Of a DNA stretch of 64,000 nt, positions 49,751-61,010 are shown piece after piece. The notes beneath the pieces were generated by a model, which did not search any database, was not told the origin of the DNA, and saw only the letters and a list, made by a program, of their open reading frames with translations. Each line of letters opens with the position of its first letter. Position 1 is the first letter of the stretch. The DNA comes from Leucoraja erinacea (Eukaryota). A program made the translations under genes and the position numbers. The stretch covers positions 496,001 to 560,000 of the forward strand of contig NW_026576597.1 of the NCBI RefSeq assembly GCF_028641065.1. Reading direction: 5' to 3'.

Positions 49751-50576
49751 AACCTCTACTGGCAGCTTGTTCCATATACACCATCCTCTGTGTGAAAATA
49801 GTTCCTCCTTGGATCCTCTCAGAATCCCCTCCTATAACTCTGCCAACAGTAAGGTTAGACTCACTGTCAGTGGTTCCCTGATGTGTCTTACTTAAATAAC
49901 GGTACTATATTCACTGCTGTCCAGTGGTGTGGTACCTCACCCCTGGATAAAAGATTATAAATATCCCTAAAGGACACAAAGTGCTGGAGTAACTCAACGT
50001 CACTGGAGAGCAGATAGATGACATTTCGAGTCTGAACCCTTCTTCAGACTGACAGGGGGGGAGCAGGGGGAGAGGAAGGGTCTCGACCCCAAACTATCCA
50101 TGTTCTCCAGGAATTCTACCATTGAGTTACTCTAGCACTTTGTGTCCTTTTGTGTATTAACCAGCATCTGCAGTTCTTTTTGTTCCAAACCTTCCCACAA
50201 TGTCTGAGATACACTTGTCAGGCCCCAGGGATTTACGTGCCTCAAGACTCCTTTGTAAGGTGGATGCATTTCAGGACATCACGATTCTCATGACTGAATT
50301 GCCTCATTTCCATGACGTTCATCATCTTCAAATGCAGAGAATTACACAGATTCATTACCTTTTTGGAGAAGAGTCACTCTTCACTCTTTTAAATGGCCAA
50401 ACTCTTTGTCTGAGAAGGTTCTTCCTGGATCCTAGATTCCTCAACAGGAGAAAAATATCTCATTGTGTGGAAGAACTTAAAACATTTTTAGTGAGTCCTC
50501 CCATCATCCTACGAACCACTGGAGGATATAGTCCCAGTTTACTGAGTCACTCTTCAGACCAACCCATCATTCGGTT

Positions 50577-53500
50577 CACCGTGTCTCCCTGTCCCAGACT
50601 AACCCATCATCCATGGATGACGGATTAGTCCCCGTCTCCATGTCCCCCCCTGTCCTCACTTCACCATGTCCTCCTGTCCCCACATCACTGCGTCCCCACG
50701 TGACTCCCTGTCCTCACGTAACTTTGCTCCGCTGTCGCCATGTAAGCGTGTCCCCCTGTCTCCCTGTCCCCACTTCACCATTTCCCCCGTCCCCACGTCA
50801 CCGTCTCCTGTCCCGATTTCACCGTGTCCCCCTGTCCCCACATCACTGTGTCCTCACTTCACCATGTCCTCCTGTCCCCACATCACTGTGTCCCCACATC
50901 ACCGTGTCCCCCTGTCCCCACATCACCGTGTCCCCCTGTCCCCACATCACCGTGTCCCCCTGTCCCCACATCACCGTGTCCCCCTGTCCCCACATCACTG
51001 TGTCCCCACATCACCGTGTCCCCCTGTCCCCCACATCACCGTGTCCCCCTGTCCCCACATCACCGTGTGTCCCCCTGTCCCCACATCACCGTGTCCCCCT
51101 GTCCCCACATCACTGTGTCCCCCTGTCCCCACATCACCGTGTCCCCACATCACTGTGTCCCCCTGTCCCCACATCACTGTGTCCCCCTGTCCCCACATCA
51201 CCGTGTCCCCACATCACTGTGTCCCCCCTGTCCCCCACATCACTGTGTCCCCCTGTCCCCACATCACCGTGTCCCCCTGTCCCCACATCACCGTGTCCCC
51301 ACATCACCGTGTCCCCCTGTCCCCACATCACTGTGTCCCCACATCACTGTGTCCCCCTGTCCCCACATCACCGTGTCCCCCTGTCCCCACATCACCGTGT
51401 CCCCCTGTCCCCACATCACTGTGTCCCCCTGTCCCCACATCACCGTGTCCCCCTGTCCCCACATCACCGTGTCCCCCTGTCCCCACATCACCGTGTCCCC
51501 ACATCACTGTGTCCCCCTGTCCCCACATCACTGTGTCCCCCTGTCCCCACATCACCGTGTCCCCCCTGTCCCCACATCACCGTGTCCCCACATCACCGTG
51601 TCCCCCTGTCCCCACATCACTGTGTCCCCACATCACTGTGTCCCCACATCACCGTGTCCCCCTGTCCCCACATCACTGTGTCCCCACATCACTGTGTCCC
51701 CCTGTCCCCACATCACCGTGTCCCCCTGTCCCCCCATCACCGTGTCCCCCTGTCCCCACATCACTGTGTCCCCCTGTCCCCACATCACCGTGTCCCCCTG
51801 TCCCCACATCACCGTGTCCCCCTGTCCCCACATCACCGTGTCCCCACATCACCGTGTCCCCCTGTCCCCACATCACTGTGTCCCCACATCACCGTGTCCC
51901 CACATCACCGTGTCCCCCTGTCCCCACATCACCGTGTCCCCCTGTCCCCACATCACCGTGTCCCCCTGTCCCCACATCACCGTGTCCCCCTGTCCCCACA
52001 TCACCGTGTCCCCCTGTCCCCACATCACCGTGTCCCCCTGTCCCCACATCACCGTGTCCCCCTGTCCCCACATCACCGTGTCCCCACATCACCGTGTCCC
52101 CCCACATCACCCGTGTCCCCCCTGTCCCCCACATCACTGTGTCCCCCTGTCCCCACATCACCCCTGTCCCCCTGTCCCCACATCACCGTGTCCCCCTGTC
52201 CCCACATCACCCTGTCCCCCTGTCCCCACATCACCGTGTCCCCCTGTCCCCACATCACCGTGTCCCCCTGTCCCCACATCACTGTGTCCCCCTGTCCCCA
52301 CATCACTGTGTCCCCCTGTCCCCACATCACCGTGTCCCCCTGTTCCCCCATCACCGTGTCCCCACATCACCGTGTCCCCACATCACCGTGTCCCCACATC
52401 ACCCTGTCCCCCCTGTCCCCACATCACCGTGTCCCCCCCTGTCCCCACATCACCGTGTCCCCCCTGTCCCCACATCACCGTGTCCCCCTGTCCCCACATC
52501 ACTGTGTCCCCCTGTCCCCACATCACCGTGTCCCCACATCACCGTGTCCCCCTGTCCCCACATCACCGTGTCCCCTGTCCCCACATCACCGTGTCCCCAC
52601 ATCACCGTGTCCCCCTGTCCCCACATCACCGTGTCCCCCTGTCCCCACATCACCGTGTCCCCACATCACCGTGTCCCCCTGTCCCCCCACATCACCGTGT
52701 CCCCCTGTCCCCAACATCACTGTGTCCCCCTGTCCCCACATCACCGTGTCCCCACATCACTGTGTCCCCCTGTCCCCACATCACCGTGTCCCCCTGTCCC
52801 CACATCACTGTGTCCCCCTGTCCCCACATCACCCTGTCCCCCTGTCCCCACATCACCGTGTCCCCCTGTCCCCACATCACCGTGTCCCCACATCACCGTG
52901 TCCCCACATCACCCTGTCCCCCTGTCCCCACATCACCGTGTCCCCACATCACCGTGTCCCCCTGTCCCCACATCACCGTGTCCCCACATCACCGTGTCCC
53001 CCCTGTCCCCACATCACCGTGTCCCCCTGTCCCCACATCACCGTGTCCCCCTGTCCCCACATCACTGTGTCCCCCTGTCCCCACATCACCCTGTCCCCCT
53101 GTCCCCACATCACCGTGTCCCCCTGTCCCCACATCACTGTGTCCCCCTGTCCCCACATCACCGTGTCCCCACATCACTGTGTCCCCCTGTCCCCACATCA
53201 CCGTGTCCCCACATCACTGTGTCCCCCTTGTCCCCACATCACCGTGTCCCCCTGTCCCCACATCACTGTGTCCCCCTGTCCCCACATCACCGTGTCCCCC
53301 TGTCCCCACATCACCGTGTCCCCACATCACCGTGTCCCCCTGTCCCCACATCACTGTGTCCCCCTGTCCCCACATCACCCTGTCCCCCTGTCCCCACATC
53401 ACCGTGTCCCCACATCACCGTGTCCCCACATCACCGTGTCCCCCTGTCCCCACATCACCGTGTCCCCACATCACCGTGTCCCCCTGTCCCCACACATCAC

Positions 53501-55215
53501 CGTGTCCCCCTGTCCCACACATCACCGTGTCCCCACATCACTGTGTCCCCCTGTCCCCACATCACCGTGTCCCCCCTGTCCCCACATCACTGTGTCCCCC
53601 TGTCCCCACATCACCGTGTCCCCACATCACCGTGTCCCCACATCACCCTGTCCCCCTGTCCCCACATCACCCTGTCCCCCTGTCCCCACATCACCGTGTC
53701 CCCCCTGTCCCCACATCACCGTGTCCCCACATCACCGTGTCCCCCTGTCCCCACATCACCGTGTCCCCACATCACCGTGTCCCCCTGTCCCCACATCACC
53801 GTGTCCCCTGTCCCCACATCACCGTGTCCCCCCTGTCCCCACATCACCGTGTCCCCACATCACCGTGTCCCCCTGTCCCCACATCACTGTGTCCCCCTGT
53901 CCCCACATCACCCTGTCCCCCTGTCCCCACATCACCCTGTCCCCCTGTCCCCACATCACCGTGTCCCCACATCACCGTGTCCCCACATCACCCTGTCCCC
54001 CTGTCCCCACATCACCGTGTCCCCACATCACCGTGTCCCCTGTCCCCACATCACCCTGTCCCCCTGTCCCCACATCACCCTGTCCCCCCTGTCCCCACAT
54101 CACTGTGTCCCCCTGTCCCCACATCACCGTGTCCCCCTGTCCCCACATCACCGTGTCCCCACATCACCGTGTCCCCCTGTCCCCACATCACCGTGTCCCC
54201 ACATCACTGTGTCCCCCTGTCCCCCACATCACCGTGTCCCCCTGTCCCCACATCACCGTGTCCCCCTGTCCCCACATCACCGTGTCCCCCTGTCCCCACA
54301 TCACTGTGTCCCCACATCACCGTGTCCCCCTGTCCCCACATCACCGTGTCCCTCCTGTCCCCACATCACTGTGTCCCCACATCACCGTGTCCCCACATCA
54401 CTGTGTCCCCCTGTCCCCACATCACCGTGTCCCCCTGTCCCCACATCCCCCCTGTCCCCACATCACCGTGTCCCCACATCACCGTGTCCCCCTGTCCCCA
54501 CATCACCCTGTCCCCCTGTCCCCACATCACCGTGTCCCCACATCACCGTGTCCCCACATCACCGTGTCCCCCTGTCCCAACATCACTGTGTCCCCACATC
54601 ACCGTGTCCCCCTGTCCCCACATCACCGTGTCCCCACATCACCGTGTCCCCACATCACCGTGTCCCCCTGTCCCCACATCACTGTGTCCCCACATCACCG
54701 TGTCCCCCTGTCCCCACATCACCGTGTCCCCCTGTCCCCACATCACCCGTGTCCCCACATCACCGTGTCCCCCTGTCCCACACATCCCCGTGTCCCCCTG
54801 TCCCCACATCACCGTGTCCCCCACATCACCGTGTCCCCCTGTCCCCACATCACCGTGTCCCCTGTCCCCACATCACCGTGTCCCCACATCACCGTGTCCC
54901 CCTGTCACATCATCACCGTGTCCCCTGTCCCCACATCACCGTCCCCACATCACCGTGTCCCCCTGTCCCCACATCACCGTGTCCCCCTGTCCCCACATCA
55001 CTGTGTCCCCACATCACCGTGTCCCCCTGTCCCCACATCACCGTGTCCCCACATCACCGTGTCCCCACATCACCGTGTCCCCACATCACCGTGTCCCCAC
55101 ATCACCGTGTCCCCACATCACCGTGTCCCCACATCACCCTGTCCCCCTGTCCCCACATCACCGTGTCCCCACATCACCGTGTCCCCCTGTCATCATGTCC
55201 CCCTGTCACTGTGTC
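50577..55215 (+). repeat. Composite minisatellite of 24-bp (ACATCACCGTGTCCCCCTGTCCCC) and 16-bp (ACATCACCGTGTCCCC) units
   Basis: Directly visible ~4.6-kb array with degenerate edges. Confidence 0.98.
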
Positions 55216-55461
55216 CTCACTTCACCTTCACCAATCGAAACATCAGACATGAGGACACTGGGTGACATCCACGTGCCCGTGTCACCATCACCATGTCACC
55301 TTCACTTTCACCAGACATCAGACGGAGGGACACAGTGGACATCCACGTGCCCGTCCAGACCATACCAAACTCGTCCAGACAAACATATCCAGACGAAGCC
55401 AAATCTGTCCAGTCCTAACTAGCCTGACCCGCCGAGTTCCTCAAGCATCTTATCTCATTTA

Positions 55462-55990
55462 TTGGGATGTAATGCTGATGCCCTTTAAGGCGCAGGTGGC
55501 CGCATACTGATCAAATACGGGGCCCATATCTGAGGAAGGATGTGCTGGCTCTGGAGAGGTTTACAAGAATTATTCCAGTAATGAGTGAGTTAGCATATGA
55601 TGAGCGTTTGACAGCACGGTGCCTCTACTCGCTGGAGTTTAGAAGGTTGAGGGGGGACCTCATTGAAACTGACATAATAATGAAAGGCATAACTAGAGTG
55701 GATGTGGAGAGGATATTTCCACTGGTGGGTGAGTCTAGGACCAGAGCTCTGAGCCTCAGAATTAAAGGGCGTTTCTTCAGAAAGGAGGTGAGGAGAAACT
55801 TCTTTAGTCAGCAAGTAGTTAATCTGTGAAATATTTAAGGCAGGGATAGACAGATTATTGATTAGAACGGGTCTCAAGGGTTCTGGGGAGAAGGCAGGAA
55901 ATTGGATTAGGAGGCAGAGATCAGCCAATGATTGAATGACGGAGTGGACTCGATGGGCCGAATGGTCTAACTCTACTCCTATCATTTGTG
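55462..55990 (+). mobile_element. CR1 3' end abutting the second promoter
   Basis: LYSLEFRRLRGDLIET...FFSQQVVNL and the CR1 3' UTR. Confidence 0.88.
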
Positions 55991-56006
55991 AACCTGCCCA
56001 CCACCG

Positions 56007-56122
56007 CCCGGCTGTGATTGGCCCCTCTCTACCCAGCTGTGATTGGCCCACCTCTGCCCAGCTGTGATTGGCCCCTCTCTACCCGGCTGTGATTGGTTTG
56101 TGCTGCTGGGTCGGTATATAAA
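56007..56122 (+). promoter_or_regulatory. Promoter of second gene: four CCAAT/Y boxes in a 25-bp tandem repeat plus TATA box
   Basis: ATTGG at 56017, 56042, 56067 and 56092. TATATAAA at 56115-56122. CpG-rich sequence follows. Confidence 0.75.
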
Positions 56123-56198
56123 GCGGGTGTGGTCTTGTCGCTGCTGTTTAGCTCCAGGCTGTGGGATCTTTACTTTAGTTGGTGCCCAGTGAGCGGTG

Positions 56199-56295
56199 AT
56201 GAAGGACGGCGCCGCCCAGCTCCGCTCCCTGTGGCTCAGGGTTGCGCTCTTGTTCTGCTCCCTGCTGCTCCCTGGACAGCACGATGTTGGAGTCG
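56199..56295 (+). CDS. First coding exon (signal peptide) of an unidentified secreted or membrane protein; MHC class II beta is one candidate
   Basis: MKDGAAQLRSLWLRVALLFCSLLLPGQHDVGV plus 1 nt (97 nt, phase 1) with a GTGAGT donor at 56296. It begins ~77 bp after TATA. No later exon was recognised in the window. Confidence 0.6.
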
Positions 56296-56749
56296 GTGAG
56301 TAGCGACTGTAACTTCTGTGATGGATCTGTCCCGATCTGGCATCTTGCCGGGTCTCAGCGCTCACTCGCGGCTCCGAGTGTTTCCGCGGCCACGGAGCTG
56401 GTAGTGGAAGGACACGGGTGATGTAGGGATGCTGTCCACACTAGTAATGGAAGTGGGACAAGTGTCTCCAATTTGCCTCTGATCTTGGGCACCATCTCCC
56501 TGCACGATTCCGTATTCCTTGTTTTCTCGCTGCCCTGAAACACACCGTTCTCGTTTTGCATTGTCGCGACTTCCGCAACCGTCCTGAGTACCTCTAACCA
56601 AGTTCAATAACCTCTAAGTGAAGAATTCCGCGGGAAATTTTCATTTTACTCCCGTTATTACCTCTTTAATATTTGGTAATTGTAATAATTGTAATAACGG
56701 CGCAATAATGGCAGACAGTGAAGAAAGCTCCTAATTGGACATCCTTGCT

Positions 56750-58172
56750 GTTCAGGCAGTGCACCTTAGGTTCATGAGGTTAATCCCTGGGATTTCGGGA
56801 CTGTCATATGAGGAGAGATTGGAAAGACTTGGCTGTATTCACTGGAGTTTAAAAGGATGAGGGGGATCTTATAGAAACGATTAAAATTATAAAAGGACTG
56901 GACAAGCTAGATGCACGAAACATGTTCCCAATGTTGGGCGAGTCCAGAACCAGGGGCCACAGTCTTAGAATAAAGAGGAGGCCATTTAAGACTGAGGTGA
57001 GAAAAAACTTTTTCAACCAGAGAGTTGTGAATTTATGGAATTCCCTGCCACAGAGGGCAGTGGAGGCCAAATCACTGGATGGATTTAAGAGAGTGATAGA
57101 TAGAGCTCTAGGGGCTAGTGGAGTCAAGGGATATGGGGAGAAGGCAGGCACGGGTTATTGATTATGGATGATCAGCCAATGAATGGCAGTGCTGACTCGA
57201 AGGGCCGAATGGCCAACTCCACCTATTTTCTATGTAACTCTTAAACCATCCCGAGACACGCCCCTGTCATCCAGCCGGTCTTGCTCCGTAACATTTTTTT
57301 ACGTTTTAATGTCAATTCTACCATTGTTCAGATGCATCAGGCTAATTAGTTGGTTGTCAGTTTGTTAAACATTAGTATCACATTTGCTGTCCCAACTCAG
57401 AACCTATGATATTTTGGGGGATGACAATGAGTGTATCCATATTCTACATCCACCCTTTAAAACACAAGGGCAGAATATGGGTCCTTGGCATATGTACCTC
57501 GCAGCATGTGTGATGTGAGGTGTGTTACTTTTTGTAAGAAGGCTTCGTCTGAATGAGAATGTAGCGCTGAGATGAAGTTGGGATGTAATGTTATAATTGT
57601 ACAAGGCATTGGTGAGGCCAAATCTGGAGTATGGTGTACAATTTTGGTCGCCTAATTATAGGAAGGATGTCAACAAAATAGAGAGAGTACAGAGGAGATT
57701 TATTAGAATGTTGCCTGGGTTTCAGCAACTAAGTTACAGAGAAAGGTTGAACAAGTTAGGGCTTTATTCTTTGGAGCGCAGAAGGTTAAGGGGGGACTTG
57801 ATAGAGGTCTTTAAAATGATGAGAGGGATAGACAGAGTTGACGTGGAAAAGCTTTTCCCACTGAGAGTAGGGAAGATTCAAACAAGGGAACATGACTTGA
57901 GAATTAAGGGACTGAAGTTTCGGGGTAACATGAGGGGGAACTTCTTTACTCAGAGAGTGGTGGCTGTGTGGAATGAGCTTCCAGTGAAGGTGGTGGAGGC
58001 AGGTTCGTTTTTATCATTTAAAAATAAATTGGATAGTTATATGGACGGGAAGGAAATGGAGGGTTATGGTCTGAGCGCAGGTATATGGGACTAGGGGAGA
58101 TTATGTGTTTGGCACGGACTAGAAGGGTCGAGATGGCCTGTTTCCGTGCTGTAATTGTTATATGGTTATATG
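56750..58172 (+). mobile_element. Two CR1 3' ends of different subfamilies (56750-57235; 57570-58172)
   Basis: ORFs 56922-57161 and 57597-58094. Confidence 0.9.
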
Positions 58173-58354
58173 AAGAGGGATAGGGATGTCCTGTGCAAAA
58201 GTTGTCACAAGCAATTTTTTGGGTACAACATTTAATTAGGAAATCTACACTTGCTCATTACTGAGGAAATTGAATACAAATGTAGGCAGGTTGTCCTCGT
58301 GATATTTGTCTTGGACAGTCTGTTGGTGTTAAGATAGACACAACATGCTGGAGC

Positions 58355-61010
58355 AAGCTTCTCCTGTGGGGCCTGGGCCTCACAGAGTGGAGGAAGCCCA
58401 GGACAAAAAGGTCAGTGTGGGAATGGGAGTTAAAGTGTTTAGCAACTGGGAGTTCGCGTAGGCCTAGGCAGACTGAGCGGAGGTGTTCAGTGAAAGAATC
58501 GCCGAGCCTGCGCTTGGTCTCGCCAGTATATAGGAGTCCACACCTGGAACAGCGGATATAGTAGATGAGGTTGCAGGAGATGCAGTGAACCTCCGCCTCA
58601 CCTGAAAGTTCTGTTGGGGTCATTAAACTGAGTCGAGGGGGAGGTAAAGGGTCAGGTGTTGCATCTCCTGCAGTTGCAGGGGAAAGTACCTGGGGAGGGG
58701 ATGGTTTGGGTGGGATGTGATGAGTTAACCAGGGAGTGGTGGAGGGAACGGTCTCTACGGAAAGGGGGTGATGATGGGAAGATGCGGCTAGTGATGGGAT
58801 CCCATTGGAGGTGGTGACAATATCGGAGGATTATGTGCTGTATGCAACAGCTGATGGGGTGAAAGGTGAAGACTAGCGGGAGGGGGAGCAAGGGCGGAGC
58901 TGTGGGGTACTGAGGAGATTTGCATGAGGGCCTCACTCATAATGGAAGAGGGGGGACCCCCGTTCCCATAAGAACGAGAACATCTGGGATGTCGTGGTAT
59001 GGAACACGTTGTTTTGGGGAAGATGTAGTGTAGATGGAGGAATCGAGAGTGGGGGATAGTCTTTTCAAGAGGCAGGATGGGAAGAAGTGTAGTCCAGATA
59101 GATGTCAGTCGATAGTCTGTCTTCAAATTCCTGGGCGTGCACATCTCTGAAGATCTTTCCTGGTCCGAGAACACTAATGCCATTATCAAGAAAGCTCATC
59201 AGCGCCTCTACTTCCTGAGAAGATTACGGAGAGTCGGTTTGTCAAGGAAGACTCTCTCTAACTTCTACAGGTGCACAGTAGAGAGCATGCGGACCGGTTG
59301 CATCATGGCTTGGTTCGGTAACTTGAGCGCCCTGGAGAGGAAAAGACTACAAAAAGTAGTAAACACTGCCCAGTCCATCATCGGCTCTGACCTTCATTCC
59401 ATCGAGGGGATCTATCGCAGTCGCTGCCTCAAAAAGGCTGGCAGTATCATCAAAGACCCACACCATCCTGGCAACACACTCATCTCCCTGCTACCTTCAG
59501 GTAGATGGTACAGGAGCCTGAAGACTGCAACGTCCAGGTTCAGGAATAGCTACTTCCCCACAGCCATCAGGCTATTAAACCTGGCTCAGACAAAACTCTG
59601 AACATTAATAACCCATTATCCGTTATTTGTACTTGATCAGTTCATTTATTCATGTGTGTATATATTTATATCATGGTATATGGACACACTGATCTGTTCT
59701 GTATTCATGCCTGCTATGTTCTGTGTGTTGAAGCAAAGTAAGAATTTCATTGTCCTATCAGGGACACATGACAATAAACTCACTTGAACTTGAACGTGAT
59801 GGAGACGGTGAGATCCAGAAACGGATGGTCCAAGTGAATTTGAGTGCAGGAGGTAGCCCCGATACAGTCGTCAATGTAACGGAGATGGAGGTTGGGGATA
59901 AGGCCAGTGTACACCTGGAACAGGGATTGTTCAACATACCCTACAAGAAGGCAGGCTTAGCTGGGGCCCATGTGAGTGCCCATAGCTACACCTTGGATTT
60001 GGAGGAAATGGGAGGAGTGAAAGTTGTTGAGAGTAAGGACCAGCTTCGCTAGGCGGAGGAGAGTGGAGGGATATTGGTTAGTTCTGTGGTCGAGGAAGAA
60101 ATGAAGGGCTTTAAGGCCTTCCTGGTGGGAGATGTAGAGTGACTGAACATCCACAGTGACGATGAGGGAGTGGGGGGGGCTGGAAAATGGATGTCATTGA
60201 AGCAACAAAGGGGATTTGAGGTGTCTTGGACATGAGTCGGGGGGGGGGGGGGGGATTTAAGATGGAGTTGAGATATGTGGAAATGAATTCAGTGGGACAG
60301 GAGCAGGCAGGAACAATGGGTACGCAAGGCCAGTTGTGTTTATGGGTTTTGGGGAGGAGGTTAAACAGGGCCGTGCGGGGCTGGGAAATGACAAGGTTGG
60401 AGGCTGCAGAGGGCAGACGGCCAAAAGTAATAAAATCAGAAATACTCCAGTTATGGGTTGTTGGTCGTCTGTGGTCCAAGGGCAAGTCGAGTGTCTGAGA
60501 GCTGGTGTCTGGTGTCACTAGAGAGGTCAGCTCACCAGTCTATCACGGCACCTCCCATGACAGTAGGTTTGATATAATGTTGGGGTTGATGCAGAGTGAG
60601 CGGAGGCCTGTACGTTCAGATGGGGGAGAGGTTGGAGTAGGTGAGGTGAGTGAACAAGTTGATGTCACACCAATAGTTACAACTAAAGATCTAAAGAGGG
60701 TAGACGGCTGCCTGGGAGAGTGTAGAGTAGTGGGACCCGTGGGGAAGGAGTCATCACTGAGTGGTGAGGACTCCTTCCTGTAGAGTGAGGAGTAGAGGTA
60801 ATGGAAGAAAAGCTCTGTCCTGGGGCAGAACATTGATGTGGGGCAGAGGGGAGCGAAGGTGAGGCCTCTGAGGACAGACTGGCATGGTCCAGCTGCGGGT
60901 GGTTGAGTCATGGAGTGTTCGTGGGGGGGACCAGTCTGGAGGCAGGCAAAGCTAGTGCTCCTTAGTGGAGTCTGTGGTGAGGAACTGGTTGTTGAAGGAT
61001 TGGACCTGGC
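58355..61010 (-). mobile_element. Penelope-like element (RT plus GIY-YIG remnants) split by a Rex1 insertion
   Basis: LPKTHK...PIV, DVQSLY, GVAMGTHMGPS and LLYTGETKRRLGD motifs. Confidence 0.85.
59120..59793 (+). mobile_element. Rex1/Babar-like LINE 3' end
   Basis: KFLGVHISEDLSW...KKAHQRLYFLRRLR...DPHHPG...SYFPTAIRLLN and a (CTTGAA)n tail. Confidence 0.88.

Noticed and set aside
16268-55215. CRISPR-like arrays
   Set aside because: The tandem units have no unique spacers, the context is eukaryotic, and there are no cas genes.
50613-55422. Three overlapping ~1530-1550-aa ORFs
   Set aside because: They are translations of a stop-free minisatellite in all three frames with constant frame-swapping. 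There is no gene structure.
56199-56295. Naming the second gene DAB, B2M or COL11A2
   Set aside because: Only a leader exon is visible, which is insufficient for a symbol.
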